Assembly: GCA_963835575.1 (NCBI GenBank)
Contig: CAWIGG010000002.1
Coordinates: forward strand, 1,824,001 to 1,888,000
Source of the DNA: an uncultured Spirochaetota bacterium
Lineage (GTDB): Bacteria > Spirochaetota > Brevinematia > Brevinematales > JAOACQ01
Length of the DNA: 64,000 nt
Direction of reading: 5' to 3'
Both the position numbers and the translations under genes were made by a program. Below the pieces are notes generated by a model. The model saw nothing but the letters and a program-made list of their open reading frames with translations, did no database searches and was not told where the DNA came from. Numbering within the stretch: the stretch's first letter is position 1; each line of letters starts with the position of its first letter. Below are positions 18,697 through 29,742 of the stretch, one piece after another.

Positions 18697-21600
18697 ATGA
18701 GTGTTTTTATCAGCGTAGTCACAGCGTTCCTTTGTATTTTTCTTATTCTTTATTTCAGAAGAATGGACAAAAGGAATACCCAGCTTCAAACCTTAAAGAA
18801 TTTTATCGCGAACTCTGTCGCCAATATGAAAAGGATGTTCCAGGACAAAGAAAAAGAGCTCCTTGATAAAACGATCAACCTGGATATCTCTCTAAAAAAA
18901 CTCGACAAAGCCACTACCTATATCAACAATAAACTCATCGAAATCAAAGAAAACTTCGGCCAGTTTCAGGAATTCAGGGAAAAGTTTTCCGGGGACCTGA
19001 AGGAAGCCGTTCAATTCGACAAGCAGATATCCGCGATGAAAGACAAATTGGGCGATATTATCAAATTATCAGAGCAGATGGAATTTATAAAAAAAGATAT
19101 GGTCGACACAAAGAAGATTTCATCGCAGATAAAAGGCGAAATCGAGCAGTCCAGGGTATGGGCCCAGGACAGCATTGAAGATTTCATGAAAAAGACGCAG
19201 GATGACATTTCGGGCTACAAAGTAAGCTCCATCGATCAGATTGAAAAAATCCAGGGCCAGCTTGAAAGTAAAACAGAAGAGGTCGAGTCCCTGGTTTCGC
19301 ATATAGACCAGTCCGTTGAAGACGCGAAGAAGAACATGGATGAATTCAGGTCTTCCATTATGGGAGAACTGGATGACAAGGAAAGGGAAATCGAGGAAAC
19401 GATTGAAAAGAATATGGCCGACCTCAGCACGCATTATCAGGGAATGGCTTCGGATATTCAATCCGTTCTGCAGGAAAAAATCGACTCTTATAAACTGGAC
19501 ACCGATAAAGCCTCCAAAGAACTGACGGAACAGATCAATGAAGCGAAGTCAGAATTCCTTACCGGCGCCCAGAATTTAAAGCAGAGCGTTACGAATACTC
19601 TGGGCGAGTTCAACGGACGCTGGAATGAGGCGATCAAGCGCTTTAATGAAATGAATAATGAAATCATCTCGAAAAACTCCGAGCTGGAAGAAGAGATGAA
19701 GCAGAATGAAAAAACGCTTTCCAGAAAGTTCTCCGACATCGAAAAATCATTCATTGAAAGGATGAACGGTTTCGAGGAAGAAATGACGGATATCCTGAAG
19801 CAGAAGACAAACCAGTACGAGGAAGAAATACTCAAAGCGGAATCGAACGCAAAATCTTATTCTGAAAGCATAGCAAAAAAGATCGAGGAAAACCTGGAAG
19901 GCCTCGGTTCCCTCTATGATGAAAAAGCATCAGTCATCGAGGACGCTCTGGAGGAAAAAATCAAATCCTATAAGGACGAGGCGGATGAAGTGTCCAGGTC
20001 GCTGGGCGAACAAATCGACGAGGCGAAAAAAGATTTCATCACCAATACGCAGAATTTGAAGCAGAATGTCGCGAGCACGCTTGGCGAGTTCAACGGGCGC
20101 TGGAACGACGCCGTTAAGCGCTTTAATGAAATGAACAAGGAGATCATTTCGAAAACAGCCGACCTGGAAGAACAGCTCAACCGGAACGAGAAGGTCGTCA
20201 ATAAAAAGATCGTGGAAGCCGAGGATTCCCTGTCCGAGCGCATGGGCGATTTTGAAGCGCAGATGTCGCAGATCCTCAAACAGAAAAGCGAGCAGTATGA
20301 AAAGGAATTTTCCAAGATCGAATCCGGTTTCAAGACAAGAGCGGATACTGTTTCCAGGAGTATTGAAGGCAACCTCAACCAGACTGAAAAAGAACTGCGG
20401 GAAGCGCTGGAGGGAAAAATCGGTTCGATCGATTCGGAAATGCGCGGAATTATGAAGGAATTCGAGGGCAAGCGCTCCGAAATCAGCGAAAAGATCGGGG
20501 CCCTGACTCAGAATCTGGAAAAACAGTTCAAGTCGCTTGAAAGCGATTATAACATAAAGATCAACGACATGGAACAGAGGTTCGGCAAGATCAACGCCGA
20601 GATCATCATACTCGAAAAGAAAATCCAGAATGAGGCGGACACCCTGTTCACTAAAGCCAACACCGAGCTGGCCAGGGAGATCGACGCTCTCAAGAAATCT
20701 GTTGAAACAAATGTTGAAGAAAGGCTTGACCAGCTGGACAATAAATATGTCGAAGCGGAGGATACGATCGAAAAAGGCATGACCGAACTCAGCACCAAAT
20801 ACCAGGAGATGGCCGCAGATATTCAGGAAGCCCTTCAGGAAAAGATCGAATCTTATGAGAAGGAATCCTCGACGGTTTCAAAATCACTGGAAAACAAGCT
20901 GAACAATATAAAGAAGGAATTTGTTTCCGGCTCGCAGAATTTGAAGCAGAACGTCAATACAACCCTCAGCGAGTTCAACGGCCGCTGGAATGACGCCGTT
21001 AAGCGCTTTAACGAAATGAACAAGGAAATTATCTCCAAATCATCAGAACTGGAAGAGCAATTAGGCCAGAATGAGAAGGTTGTCAATAAAAAGATTGTGG
21101 AAGCCGAGAGTTCGATTACTGAGCGCATGGGTGATTTTGAAGCCCAGATTTCCCAGATCCTCAAGCAGAAAAGCGAGCAGTATGAAAAGGAATTCTCCAA
21201 GATCGAATCCGGATTTAAAATAAAAACAGACCAGGTTTCTAAAAATATTGTTTCCAATCTGAATGAGACTGAAAAGGAGCTACGGGCGCACCTGGAGGAG
21301 AAAGTCTCATCCCTGGATTCCGAAATGCGCGGCATCCTGAAGGAATTCGAGGGCAAACGCTCCGATATCACTAAAAATGTCGGTTCCCTGATGGACAATC
21401 TGGAAAAGCAGTTCAAAGCCCTTGAAAATGATTATAATTCAAAGATCAACGGTATGGAACAGCGGTTCGGAAAGATAAACGCCGAGATCATCATCCTTGA
21501 AAAGAAAATCCAGACGGAAGCGGATTCATTATTCACCCGCGCTAATACGGACCTTTCCAAGGAGATTGATTCCCTGAAAAAGTCCGTCGAAAACAATGTC

Positions 21601-24600
21601 GAGGACAGGCTTTCTCTGCTGGATGAAAAATACAAGGACACAGAGGAAACGATCGAGAAAAATCTGGCCGATCTCAGTGCCGGTTATCAGCAGACAGCCG
21701 CTGAAATTCAGGAAGCCCTTCAGGAAAAGATAGAGGCATATCAGCAGGAATCGGAAAAAGCTTCCAAGGAATTGGAGGAAAAATTAGACACGGTCAGGAA
21801 GGAGTTTCTTGCCGGTTCGCAAAATTTGAAGCAGAACGTCAATACAACGCTTACTGAATTCAACGGACGCTGGAATGACGCGGTAAAGCGCTTTAACGAA
21901 ATGAACAAGGAAATCAGTGCAAAATCCTCGGCGCTGGAAGAGCAATTAGGCCTGAATGAAAAGGCAGTCAATAAAAAGATCAGCGAAGCGGAAGATACCC
22001 TGTCGGGGCGTATGGCCGATTTTGAAACCCAGATTTCACAGATCCTCAAGCAGAAAAGCGAGCAGTATGAAAAGGAATTCTCCAAAATAGAATCCGGATT
22101 TAAATTAAAAACAGACCAGGTTTCTAAAAATATTGTTTCCAATCTGAATGAGACTGAAAAGGAGCTACGGGCGCACCTGGAGGAGAAAGTCTCATCCCTG
22201 GATTCCGAAATGCGCGGCATCCTGAAGGAATTCGAGGGCAAACGCTCCGATATCACTAAAAATGTCGGTTCCCTGATGGACAATCTGGAAAAGCAGTTCA
22301 AAGCCCTTGAAAATGATTATAATTCAAAGATCAACGGTATGGAACAGCGGTTCGGAAAGATAAACGCCGAGATCATCATCCTTGAAAAGAAAATCCAGAC
22401 GGAAGCGGATTCATTATTCACCCGCGCTAATACAGACCTTTCCAAGGAGATTGATTCCCTGAAAAAGTCCGTCGAAAACAATGTCGAGGACAGGCTTTCT
22501 CTGCTGGATGAAAAATACAAGGACACAGAGGAAACGATCGAGAAAAATCTGGCCGATCTCAGTGCCGGTTATCAGCAGACAGCCGCTGAAATTCAGGAAG
22601 CCCTTCAGGAAAAGATAGAGGCATATCAGCAGGAATCGGAAAAAGCTTCCAAGGAATTGGAGGAAAAATTAGACACGGTCAGGAAGGAGTTTCTTGCCGG
22701 TTCGCAAAATTTGAAGCAGAACGTCAATACAACGCTTACTGAATTCAACGGACGCTGGAATGACGCGGTAAAGCGCTTTAACGAAATGAACAAGGAAATC
22801 AGTGCAAAATCCGCCGAGCTGGAAGAACAATTGAACCGGAACAATAAAATCGTTAATAAGAAAATAACGGAAACGGAAGATACTCTCTCAGAAAAAATGG
22901 GTAATTTTGAAAAGCAGATTTCACAGATCCTCAAGCAGAAAAGCGATCAATATGAAAAGGAATTCTCCAAGATCGAATCCGGATTTAAATTAAAAGCGGA
23001 CCAGGTATCCAAAAATATTGAATCAAGCCTCAATGAGACTGAAAAGGAGCTCCGCTTGAACCTGGAGGAAAAAGCCTCATCCCTTGATTCCGGCATCCGG
23101 GTCATATTGAAGGAATTCGAGGGAAAGCGTTCCGAAATAAACGAAAAAATCGATGGCTTAACGGATGGTCTCGAAAAACAATTCAAAGTCCTCGAAGACG
23201 GCTACAATTCCAAAATCACCGATATGGAACAGCGGTTCGGAAAGATCAACGCAGAGATAACCATTCTTCAGAAAAAGATCCAGAACGAGGCAGATACTCT
23301 GTTTACGCGCGCCAATGCGGAACTGGCTAAAGAGATTGATTCTTTAAAGAAGACCGTGGAAGAAAACGCCGAGGAAAGGATCAAACAGATGGACGAACAG
23401 TATTCCGAATCCTCCAAAAAGTTCGAGGAGGAGTTCTACTCGCAGATCAAGAATATGAACGCTAAACTGACGGCAAACTCCACGGCTATAAACGAAATGG
23501 GCGGCAAGCTTTCCAGGTTTGTGAAGGATGTGACTGAAAAATTCAAGGCCGATGTGGTATCGCTTAAAAATTCGGCTTCGGTCGAAGCTAATAGTTTTAT
23601 AGAAGAAATTAACGCGAAAGAAAAAATGCTGAACACATCGGTGCAGAAACTCCAAACAGAGCTTTCTAAAACCGGCAATGATATTAAAACAATGAGCCAG
23701 GATGCCGTAGACTTGGCTGTCGAACAAATTAAGGAAAGAGAAAAAGTGATCTATGAGGATATTGAAAAATCCTCCGGGGAAATTTCGGAACGCCTTGATC
23801 AGATTGATAATACCATCAATAACTTTGAAACTGAAATCTCTAAAAAAGTAAAAGGCGTCCAGGACAGCCTGATGAGAGAGATTGAAGATTATAAAAAGAA
23901 CGTGGAAGGCCTCAAATCCAGCGGCTTTAAGATAGAATCCGGCATACAGGATATTATTTCCGGAAAATCCAAGGAAATCGACATATACATTGAAAATCTG
24001 AAGGAAGGGTTTGTCGGCGATTATAAAAAGCTGATCAGCAACACAAAGGATGAAATCGTACAGCTTAAAAAAGAGATCGAAACGACCCAGAAAAGCGTTT
24101 CCGGGCAGAAAAATTCCATCGTTAATGAAATCACAACTTCCATTGAAGACGCGAAGAGCTGGAGCCTCGGCCAGATCGGTGAATTAAAGGACGAGATAGA
24201 AAGCGCCAAACTGCGGGCTGCCGGTATGATTGAAGACGCGAGGGAGGAATCCGAACAGAGGATCGCGGATTATAAAAAGCAGTTCAATCAGGAATTGAGC
24301 AAAATTATAAAAGATTCCGACAGCGACTTTAACGCAAAACGGGCCGAGATGAAAAGCCTGACCCAGGAAATGATCATTCAGCTTAACGACAAGGAAAAAG
24401 AGCTGAATAAGAAAATGGAAAGACTGGACGATATGATAGCGGAGTCCATTAAAAAAACAGATGCCCAGCTGAATTCCATCAATAAAACAATTGAGCAGAA
24501 GCTTAAATTTGTTTATGATGATCTGTCGGAAAAGGGAGAAGTAGGAATACAGAGATTAAGAAAGGAAATAGACGCCATCATCGAAGAGCTTAAATCGGAA

Positions 24601-26547
24601 ACATTCGACAATATTGATGTCTATAAAAACGAACTGGCAGAGATGAACGCCGCTTTAAAAGACAACAGGGAGGAAATTCTCCAGCTGCAGAAGGAACTTG
24701 AAGAATCGCAGAATATACTCACTGGATCAAAAACAAAAACCGCGGAAGAATTGAAAGTGATGCAGGTCCGTTTTGAGGAAATGAAAAAACAGATAGTATC
24801 CCTGGAAAAAGCGATAGAGGATAAAAAGACGTCTTTCGAAGGAAGCATGAAAGAGAAAATCAAGGAAATGTATTCGGCGATCGACGAAGAAAAAGCGGGC
24901 CTGGATGAGGAACTGGGCAATTTAAGGAAAAGCCATGTCGAGTTCCTTCAGGAAATGAAAGAACAGGACAAGAAATTCATCGCGAAGAGCGCCGCTGATA
25001 ACCTGAAGCTCCTTGAGTCGTCCCTCAAGGAATATAAAGATAAAATAGATTCGGAGATCGAAAACTTCAAGGAATCATTTTTACCTCCCACCGATGAAAT
25101 ACTGGAAAGGCTGTCCGGAAAGGCAAAGGAAGTCGAGGATGAATTCGAGAAAAAAACAAGCGGTTTTTCCGGTGAAATAGAGGAATATCTTCAGAGTATT
25201 AAGGAAAAGGAAGAAAACATTTCCGAAAAGGTTGACGGCCTTATCGAGGAGTATAACGCTAAAATTGATGAATATAAAAACAATTTTACGGACAATATGG
25301 GCGAATATATTTCCCGTTCAGAAAACGAGTACAAAAAAATGCTGGAAAAGATCACTGATATTGATAAAGAACTTAAACATTTTGAAGAAAAAACAATTGA
25401 CTCAATCCACAGCAAAGCTGTTATTGTGGAAGGCGAAATAACAAAGAAAATAAAGGAAATCGCGAATGATTTTGACGGCTATATTAAGAAAAACGAACAG
25501 GAACTCGGCCGCAGCGTCGAAAGCGGCAGGAAAGAGATCAACAGCCTTCTCCAGCAGCTGAAAAACGAAAAGAATGAATTCAAAGAAGAAATTATGAGCG
25601 ATATTAAAGAACTGAATAAAAGGACCAGGGAAATAGAAACAAGGTATGACAATCTTATTAAAAAGACATCCATTCTGGACAGGGCGGAAAATATCGCCGA
25701 CAAATCGAATAAGAGCATGAACCAGATAGGCCAGTTCCTGAAAGAACTTGATACGCGCCGCAAGGATATTGAAGAAGCCCTTAAAGCGCTTGACATTATA
25801 AAAACAGAAAACAAGGACCTTTCAAACATAATGACCAGTATAAACACCAATAAAAAAGAAGCTTCTCTGATTTACCAGACCGTTACCGACGCCCTTCAAA
25901 AGGCCAAGGAGACGGAAGAGCTTCTCGGCATGATCGAAAAACAGCAGGATAAAGCGGAAGAGGTAAAAAACATTCTTGTCGAAACCCTGAAATATTACGA
26001 AGACATAAAGGAAAAAGCCGCCGATGTCGAGAAAAAGCGCGATGTCATCAATAAGATATTGAGTTCCATCGATACTTCCAAAGATGATATAAAAGACATG
26101 CAGGGGAAAGTGACAACAGCGGAGGAAAAAATAAGCGGAATAAATAAATTGGCCAAGAAGATTGATGATGATATTAAAAACGCCCAGGCTGAGATCGCCA
26201 AACTCTTCGGCGACCAGGACCGGGTCAGCTATGCCGTGGACAAGATCGTCGACATAGAAAATCTCCTGATGCATATTGAGGAAGAATCCAAGAAAGTCCA
26301 GAAGATGCGGGACTGGACGGCAAAACTGGAAACCCGCCTGGAACGGATCAAAGACACTCAGGAAACTGTTCTGTCCGGAAAAAGCGGAAGCAAAAAAACC
26401 GCCGATATCGAAAAAGACGCCGACGAGGATGTTATAAAGAATATCCTGCGCCTGAAGGAACAGGGCTGGAGCATCGAGGAAATCTCAAAAAGCCTTAAAA
26501 TCTCCCGGGCTTATGTCGAGCTGATAATAGAAAGATACGAAGAATAA
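18697..26547 (+). CDS. Giant membrane-anchored coiled-coil protein (SpiroCoCo-like) with internal 295-aa repeats
   Basis: N-terminal TM; E/K-rich heptads over 2616 aa; C-terminal HTH-like KEQGWSIEEISKSLKISRAYVELIIE. Confidence 0.8.
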   Translation: MSVFISVVTAFLCIFLILYFRRMDKRNTQLQTLKNFIANSVANMKRMFQDKEKELLDKTINLDISLKKLDKATTYINNKLIEIKENFGQFQEFREKFSGDLKEAVQFDKQISAMKDKLGDIIKLSEQMEFIKKDMVDTKKISSQIKGEIEQSRVWAQDSIEDFMKKTQDDISGYKVSSIDQIEKIQGQLESKTEEVESLVSHIDQSVEDAKKNMDEFRSSIMGELDDKEREIEETIEKNMADLSTHYQGMASDIQSVLQEKIDSYKLDTDKASKELTEQINEAKSEFLTGAQNLKQSVTNTLGEFNGRWNEAIKRFNEMNNEIISKNSELEEEMKQNEKTLSRKFSDIEKSFIERMNGFEEEMTDILKQKTNQYEEEILKAESNAKSYSESIAKKIEENLEGLGSLYDEKASVIEDALEEKIKSYKDEADEVSRSLGEQIDEAKKDFITNTQNLKQNVASTLGEFNGRWNDAVKRFNEMNKEIISKTADLEEQLNRNEKVVNKKIVEAEDSLSERMGDFEAQMSQILKQKSEQYEKEFSKIESGFKTRADTVSRSIEGNLNQTEKELREALEGKIGSIDSEMRGIMKEFEGKRSEISEKIGALTQNLEKQFKSLESDYNIKINDMEQRFGKINAEIIILEKKIQNEADTLFTKANTELAREIDALKKSVETNVEERLDQLDNKYVEAEDTIEKGMTELSTKYQEMAADIQEALQEKIESYEKESSTVSKSLENKLNNIKKEFVSGSQNLKQNVNTTLSEFNGRWNDAVKRFNEMNKEIISKSSELEEQLGQNEKVVNKKIVEAESSITERMGDFEAQISQILKQKSEQYEKEFSKIESGFKIKTDQVSKNIVSNLNETEKELRAHLEEKVSSLDSEMRGILKEFEGKRSDITKNVGSLMDNLEKQFKALENDYNSKINGMEQRFGKINAEIIILEKKIQTEADSLFTRANTDLSKEIDSLKKSVENNVEDRLSLLDEKYKDTEETIEKNLADLSAGYQQTAAEIQEALQEKIEAYQQESEKASKELEEKLDTVRKEFLAGSQNLKQNVNTTLTEFNGRWNDAVKRFNEMNKEISAKSSALEEQLGLNEKAVNKKISEAEDTLSGRMADFETQISQILKQKSEQYEKEFSKIESGFKLKTDQVSKNIVSNLNETEKELRAHLEEKVSSLDSEMRGILKEFEGKRSDITKNVGSLMDNLEKQFKALENDYNSKINGMEQRFGKINAEIIILEKKIQTEADSLFTRANTDLSKEIDSLKKSVENNVEDRLSLLDEKYKDTEETIEKNLADLSAGYQQTAAEIQEALQEKIEAYQQESEKASKELEEKLDTVRKEFLAGSQNLKQNVNTTLTEFNGRWNDAVKRFNEMNKEISAKSAELEEQLNRNNKIVNKKITETEDTLSEKMGNFEKQISQILKQKSDQYEKEFSKIESGFKLKADQVSKNIESSLNETEKELRLNLEEKASSLDSGIRVILKEFEGKRSEINEKIDGLTDGLEKQFKVLEDGYNSKITDMEQRFGKINAEITILQKKIQNEADTLFTRANAELAKEIDSLKKTVEENAEERIKQMDEQYSESSKKFEEEFYSQIKNMNAKLTANSTAINEMGGKLSRFVKDVTEKFKADVVSLKNSASVEANSFIEEINAKEKMLNTSVQKLQTELSKTGNDIKTMSQDAVDLAVEQIKEREKVIYEDIEKSSGEISERLDQIDNTINNFETEISKKVKGVQDSLMREIEDYKKNVEGLKSSGFKIESGIQDIISGKSKEIDIYIENLKEGFVGDYKKLISNTKDEIVQLKKEIETTQKSVSGQKNSIVNEITTSIEDAKSWSLGQIGELKDEIESAKLRAAGMIEDAREESEQRIADYKKQFNQELSKIIKDSDSDFNAKRAEMKSLTQEMIIQLNDKEKELNKKMERLDDMIAESIKKTDAQLNSINKTIEQKLKFVYDDLSEKGEVGIQRLRKEIDAIIEELKSETFDNIDVYKNELAEMNAALKDNREEILQLQKELEESQNILTGSKTKTAEELKVMQVRFEEMKKQIVSLEKAIEDKKTSFEGSMKEKIKEMYSAIDEEKAGLDEELGNLRKSHVEFLQEMKEQDKKFIAKSAADNLKLLESSLKEYKDKIDSEIENFKESFLPPTDEILERLSGKAKEVEDEFEKKTSGFSGEIEEYLQSIKEKEENISEKVDGLIEEYNAKIDEYKNNFTDNMGEYISRSENEYKKMLEKITDIDKELKHFEEKTIDSIHSKAVIVEGEITKKIKEIANDFDGYIKKNEQELGRSVESGRKEINSLLQQLKNEKNEFKEEIMSDIKELNKRTREIETRYDNLIKKTSILDRAENIADKSNKSMNQIGQFLKELDTRRKDIEEALKALDIIKTENKDLSNIMTSINTNKKEASLIYQTVTDALQKAKETEELLGMIEKQQDKAEEVKNILVETLKYYEDIKEKAADVEKKRDVINKILSSIDTSKDDIKDMQGKVTTAEEKISGINKLAKKIDDDIKNAQAEIAKLFGDQDRVSYAVDKIVDIENLLMHIEEESKKVQKMRDWTAKLETRLERIKDTQETVLSGKSGSKKTADIEKDADEDVIKNILRLKEQGWSIEEISKSLKISRAYVELIIERYEE
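20050..23400 (+). repeat. Intragenic 885-bp tandem repeats
   Basis: The QNLKQ..EFNGRWN motif starts at 19570, 20050, 20935, 21820 and 22705 (spacings 480, 885, 885, 885). Confidence 0.92.
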
Positions 26548-26850
26548 TATGAAACCGCTAATACACGCGAATGAACGCTAATATAACTAGGAATGGGAAA
26601 CCGCAAATAACACGAATTAAAACGAATAAATTTGAATAAGTTAAAGAAAGTTAAATGATCTATAAGGGCATTAAATAATTAATGAAGTAAATTTTCAATT
26701 AGCGTGACTTCGCGTGGCTTAGCGGAAGATTACTAGTTATCTGCTAATACACGCTAATAAATGTGAATTATTATGGATGATTTTTTATCGTTAATTTATG
26801 TAATTCGGGGTAAGTAATGTAATTTTAACTAAAATAAAAGGCAGGTTAAT

Positions 26851-28128
26851 ATGATTGATGTGAAATTGATATTGGAAAACGAGGCTGAAATCAAATTAAA
26901 ATTAAAGGACCGGCTTAAAACGCCGGAACTATTGGGTAAGATTTCAAGCCTTTACAATGAAAAAAAGGAAGTCCAGCAAAACGCCGACGAACTCCGGCAC
27001 CAGAAAAAGACCCTGTCAAAAGAAGTCGGCATGCTTAAATCGAAAGGGGAAGACGCTTCCGACATTATGAAACAGGTGGAGGAGATCAATCTGAAGCTGT
27101 CCGGGCTGGAGGAACGGGAAAAAACGATCGCCGAAGAAGTGGACGCCGCGCTCCTGATGATACCCAATATCCCGATGGACGGCGTTCCGGAAGGAGCGGA
27201 TGAAACTTTCAATAAGGAAACAAAAAAATGGGGCGGCCCTCGGGAATTCAGCTTCAAGCCCCTTCCTCACTACGAAGTGGCTGAAAAGCTCGGAATTCTG
27301 GATTTTGAGCGGGGTTCCAAGATCGGCGGAAGCGGTTTTACGCTTTATCATGGCATGGCCGCCAGGCTTGAAAGGGCGCTCATCAATTTTATGCTGGATA
27401 CTCATGCGGCCGGCGGTTATGAGGAAAAATTTGTGCCTTTTATGATCAACGCCGCGGCGCTCCGGGGCACGGGACAGCTGCCGAAGTTTAAAGAAGACCT
27501 TTATAAAATAGAGGGGCTCGATCTGTATCTCAATCCGACAGCCGAGGTGCCGCTCACTAACATTTACCAGAACGAAATACTCAAGGAATCCGACCTGCCC
27601 GTCTGCATCACCGCTTACGCTCCCAGTTTCAGGCTGGAAGCGGGAAGCTACGGCAAAGATACGCGGGGCATCATACGCCAGCACCAGTTTAATAAAGTTG
27701 AGCTGGTTAAATTCTCCAGACCGGAGGATTCCGAGAAAGAACACCAGAGTATGCTGGAGGAAGCGGAAAAAATCCTTCAGCTCCTCAATCTTCCTTACCG
27801 GGTGGTCCTTCTCAGCAAAGGGGACATGGGCTTTTCCGCGGCGAAATGCTATGATATAGAAGTCTGGTTACCCAGCATGAATTCCTATAAAGAAATTTCT
27901 TCAGTCAGCAACTGCCTGGATTTCCAGGCCAGAAGGGCCAATATTAAATTCCGCAGGGAAGCCGGCGGTAAAGTGGAATATCTCCATACATTAAACGGCT
28001 CCGGGCTGGCCGTTGGAAGGACGCTTGTGGCCGTTCTGGAGAATTATCAGCAGGAAGACGGGAGCGTCATAATACCCGATATCCTTCAGAAGTATATGAA
28101 CGGTGTGATTGCCATTAAAAAGAAATAA
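26851..28128 (+). CDS. serS: Serine--tRNA ligase
   Basis: [61 protein letters not shown]. Confidence 0.98.
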   Translation: MIDVKLILENEAEIKLKLKDRLKTPELLGKISSLYNEKKEVQQNADELRHQKKTLSKEVGMLKSKGEDASDIMKQVEEINLKLSGLEEREKTIAEEVDAALLMIPNIPMDGVPEGADETFNKETKKWGGPREFSFKPLPHYEVAEKLGILDFERGSKIGGSGFTLYHGMAARLERALINFMLDTHAAGGYEEKFVPFMINAAALRGTGQLPKFKEDLYKIEGLDLYLNPTAEVPLTNIYQNEILKESDLPVCITAYAPSFRLEAGSYGKDTRGIIRQHQFNKVELVKFSRPEDSEKEHQSMLEEAEKILQLLNLPYRVVLLSKGDMGFSAAKCYDIEVWLPSMNSYKEISSVSNCLDFQARRANIKFRREAGGKVEYLHTLNGSGLAVGRTLVAVLENYQQEDGSVIIPDILQKYMNGVIAIKKK

Positions 28129-28132
28129 TTTA

Positions 28133-28170
28133 AGGGCAGTTATAAAAATGCGGGTTTTTTGAACTGCCCT
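28133..28170. repeat. REP-like palindrome/terminator after serS
   Basis: agggcagttataaaaa-tgcggg-ttttttgaactgccct. Confidence 0.7.
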
Positions 28171-28293
28171 TAATATAATATTAATGATTTTCCCTCCAAT
28201 CTCAGCGGTAGAGGGAAAATCATACTTTCTCAAAAGACTTGATATATTTTCTTTTTATTGTATAATTTGAGTGAGAGTAAATAGGGAGGTTAT

Positions 28294-28605
28294 ATGCAAT
28301 ACGCGAGAAGCGCGCTGGAGAGCGATGTCGTTCAATACTCCATCAGCGGTGATTTTACAATATTCTTTTTAAATAACATTAAATTAGATATAGAAAAGGA
28401 TATCGCGAGCGGTCATGTCGCGCTCCTCGTTTTCGACCTCAGGAATGTCAATTATATCGATTCCGCCGCCATCAGCCTTCTGATCATGTCAGGGAAATAT
28501 AACGACACAAAAGGAAAACGCCTCATCATAAAAAACCCGACCGATGTCGTCAAAAGGATCATTGACAACGCCGAGCTATCGTTTGTCGACTATCAGTACT
28601 CCTGA
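28294..28605 (+). CDS. STAS-domain anti-sigma factor antagonist
   Basis: FDLRNVNYIDSAAISLL motif; 103 aa. Confidence 0.88.
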   Translation: MQYARSALESDVVQYSISGDFTIFFLNNIKLDIEKDIASGHVALLVFDLRNVNYIDSAAISLLIMSGKYNDTKGKRLIIKNPTDVVKRIIDNAELSFVDYQYS

Positions 28606-29135
28606 TTTCAATATTAACCACAAAGGCACAAAAAGCACTAAGGACCACCAACGAGGGCGGCCTCATATATTTTCCATTCTTTGTTAATTGCTTTCTATCT
28701 TTTATTATTCCAGCATTCTTTTTTTACCAAGGGCACAGAACTAATGTCACATTGAAACCTTAGTGGAAAAAATTCCTTCATTTGAAGGTCACGAAGGGCA
28801 CGGAGAGTAGAAATGGATAGCTTTGTGTTCTCTATATTTTAATTTCTTCAATCATCTTTAAAAAAAACTAAATCCTCCAAAATCCATCTAATCCGTGAAA
28901 ATCAGTGTGGAATTGGGGTCTCTCCAGCCGCTTTAATACAAATAGACATGAATTCTCCAACAAAATCTTTCATCTGCCGGGCGTAGCCCCTAAAAAATTC
29001 TCCTCCAGCGTCCTATTTTATGCCATGCTTCGAGTAAAACAGACAGGCTTCAGAAATTAAAACTAAATCCTATAAATCCGCTTTAATCTGTGTAATCTGT
29101 GTGAAAAATCAGATATTATAATAAAGAACCGATTA

Positions 29136-29738
29136 TCAAATAGTAGTATTCATCGAATAGCGGCAGCCGCAGTAATTCTGGCGGTAAATTCCGTATTTTT
29201 CACAGATTTCAACCGATTTTTTAAAACCGTTGTTCTTTTTAAAATCCGAAACGATGTATTCAATCCCGTATTTTTTCGATAACGCCCGTCCGGCCTCATT
29301 CACCTTACCGGCATCCTTCCAGGGACTCAGCGTCAACGTTGTGGCGGCACAATCATAACCAAGTTTTTTTGCCTTAATGAAGCTTTCCTCAAGGCGGAAT
29401 TCATAACAAAAAAAGCATCTTCTGCCTTTTTCAGGCTCATCTTTATATTGCAATGCAAACTGCTCCCAGGCTTCACGCCTTGAAGCGGAATCATCATCAA
29501 CAGAATCAATCAGAAAATTGTTTTTTGAAAATATCCCCAGATAGCGCGATACTTCTCTTTTTCGTTTTTCATATTCTTCAACTGGAAATATATTCGGATT
29601 GTCAAAATAAACGGAGATATTATAATCCGGTTTGTCCGGCAGCGCTTTTTCCCAGGCATCAAGGCCGGCCATGACATTCAGGCATTGAGTGAGACATGGC
29701 GCGCAGCATGTATGAAGAAGCAGCCTTTTCTTTTTCAT
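29136..29738 (-). CDS. queH: Epoxyqueuosine reductase QueH
   Basis: LLLHTCCAPC, NPNIFPVEEY, EPEKGRRCFFCY, YRQNYCGCRYS. Confidence 0.93.
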   Translation of the reverse strand: MKKKRLLLHTCCAPCLTQCLNVMAGLDAWEKALPDKPDYNISVYFDNPNIFPVEEYEKRKREVSRYLGIFSKNNFLIDSVDDDSASRREAWEQFALQYKDEPEKGRRCFFCYEFRLEESFIKAKKLGYDCAATTLTLSPWKDAGKVNEAGRALSKKYGIEYIVSDFKKNNGFKKSVEICEKYGIYRQNYCGCRYSMNTTI

Positions 29739-29742
29739 AGGC

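Noticed and set aside
19011..26274. Many Ser/Phe-rich minus-strand ORFs, some repeated
   Set aside because: Shadows of the E/K-rich coiled-coil gene and its repeats
26548..26850. Possible CRISPR array among the short intergenic repeats
   Set aside because: No constant-length repeats with unique spacers, and no cas genes in the window
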